Assembly: GCA_043826435.1 (NCBI GenBank)
Contig: JBDRQF010000018.1
Location: 1-28,442, forward strand
DNA: 28,442 nt
Source of the DNA: Elusimicrobiota bacterium
Lineage (GTDB): Bacteria; Elusimicrobiota; Endomicrobiia; CG1-02-37-114; JAHJSO01
Direction: 5' to 3'
Shown: in pieces, positions 28,434 to 28,442 of the stretch
How positions within the stretch are numbered: the stretch's first letter is position 1
How the letters are laid out: each line of letters begins with the position of its first letter
Made by a program: the position numbers and the translations under genes
Notes under the pieces: model-generated
The model's input: the letters and a program-made list of their open reading frames with translations, nothing else
Database searches by the model: none
Told to the model about the DNA's origin: nothing

Positions 28434-28442
28434 AACCTTCGC

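Overview
Bacterial chromosome segment with all credible genes on the minus strand. The organism is a diderm (Lnt, TamB-like protein, secretin, beta-barrel proteins). The mix of mcsA-mcsB-clpC, PorV-like and CTD-like genes suggests a non-Proteobacterial lineage such as Elusimicrobiota, but that is inference only. Housekeeping genes are csp, secA-lnt, prfB (programmed +1 frameshift) and lysS-ilvE-mcsA-mcsB-clpC-tamB-like. Two accessory blocks interrupt them. (1) 21895-27717 is a tightly coupled four-gene operon: a signal-anchored fibre with a phage tail-collar/HxH tip, a FlgT-C-like/beta-barrel protein, a secreted GGG-motif/Ig-like protein and a short stand-alone secretin. There are no phage or T2SS/pilus genes alongside it, and it is the best candidate for an undescribed fibre export/display system. 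(2) An AT-rich island at about 11300-17460 carries two ORF6N genes (one internally deleted), a lipoprotein behind an attenuator-like RNA leader, and an S8 protease with a T9SS-type C-terminal domain coupled to a PorV-like barrel. At the island's left edge is a second, diverged copy of the prfB promoter and frameshift cassette, placed ahead of a small outer-membrane barrel gene. No rRNA, tRNA, CRISPR array, integrase or transposase was seen. Family assignments come from motif recognition, not database searches.
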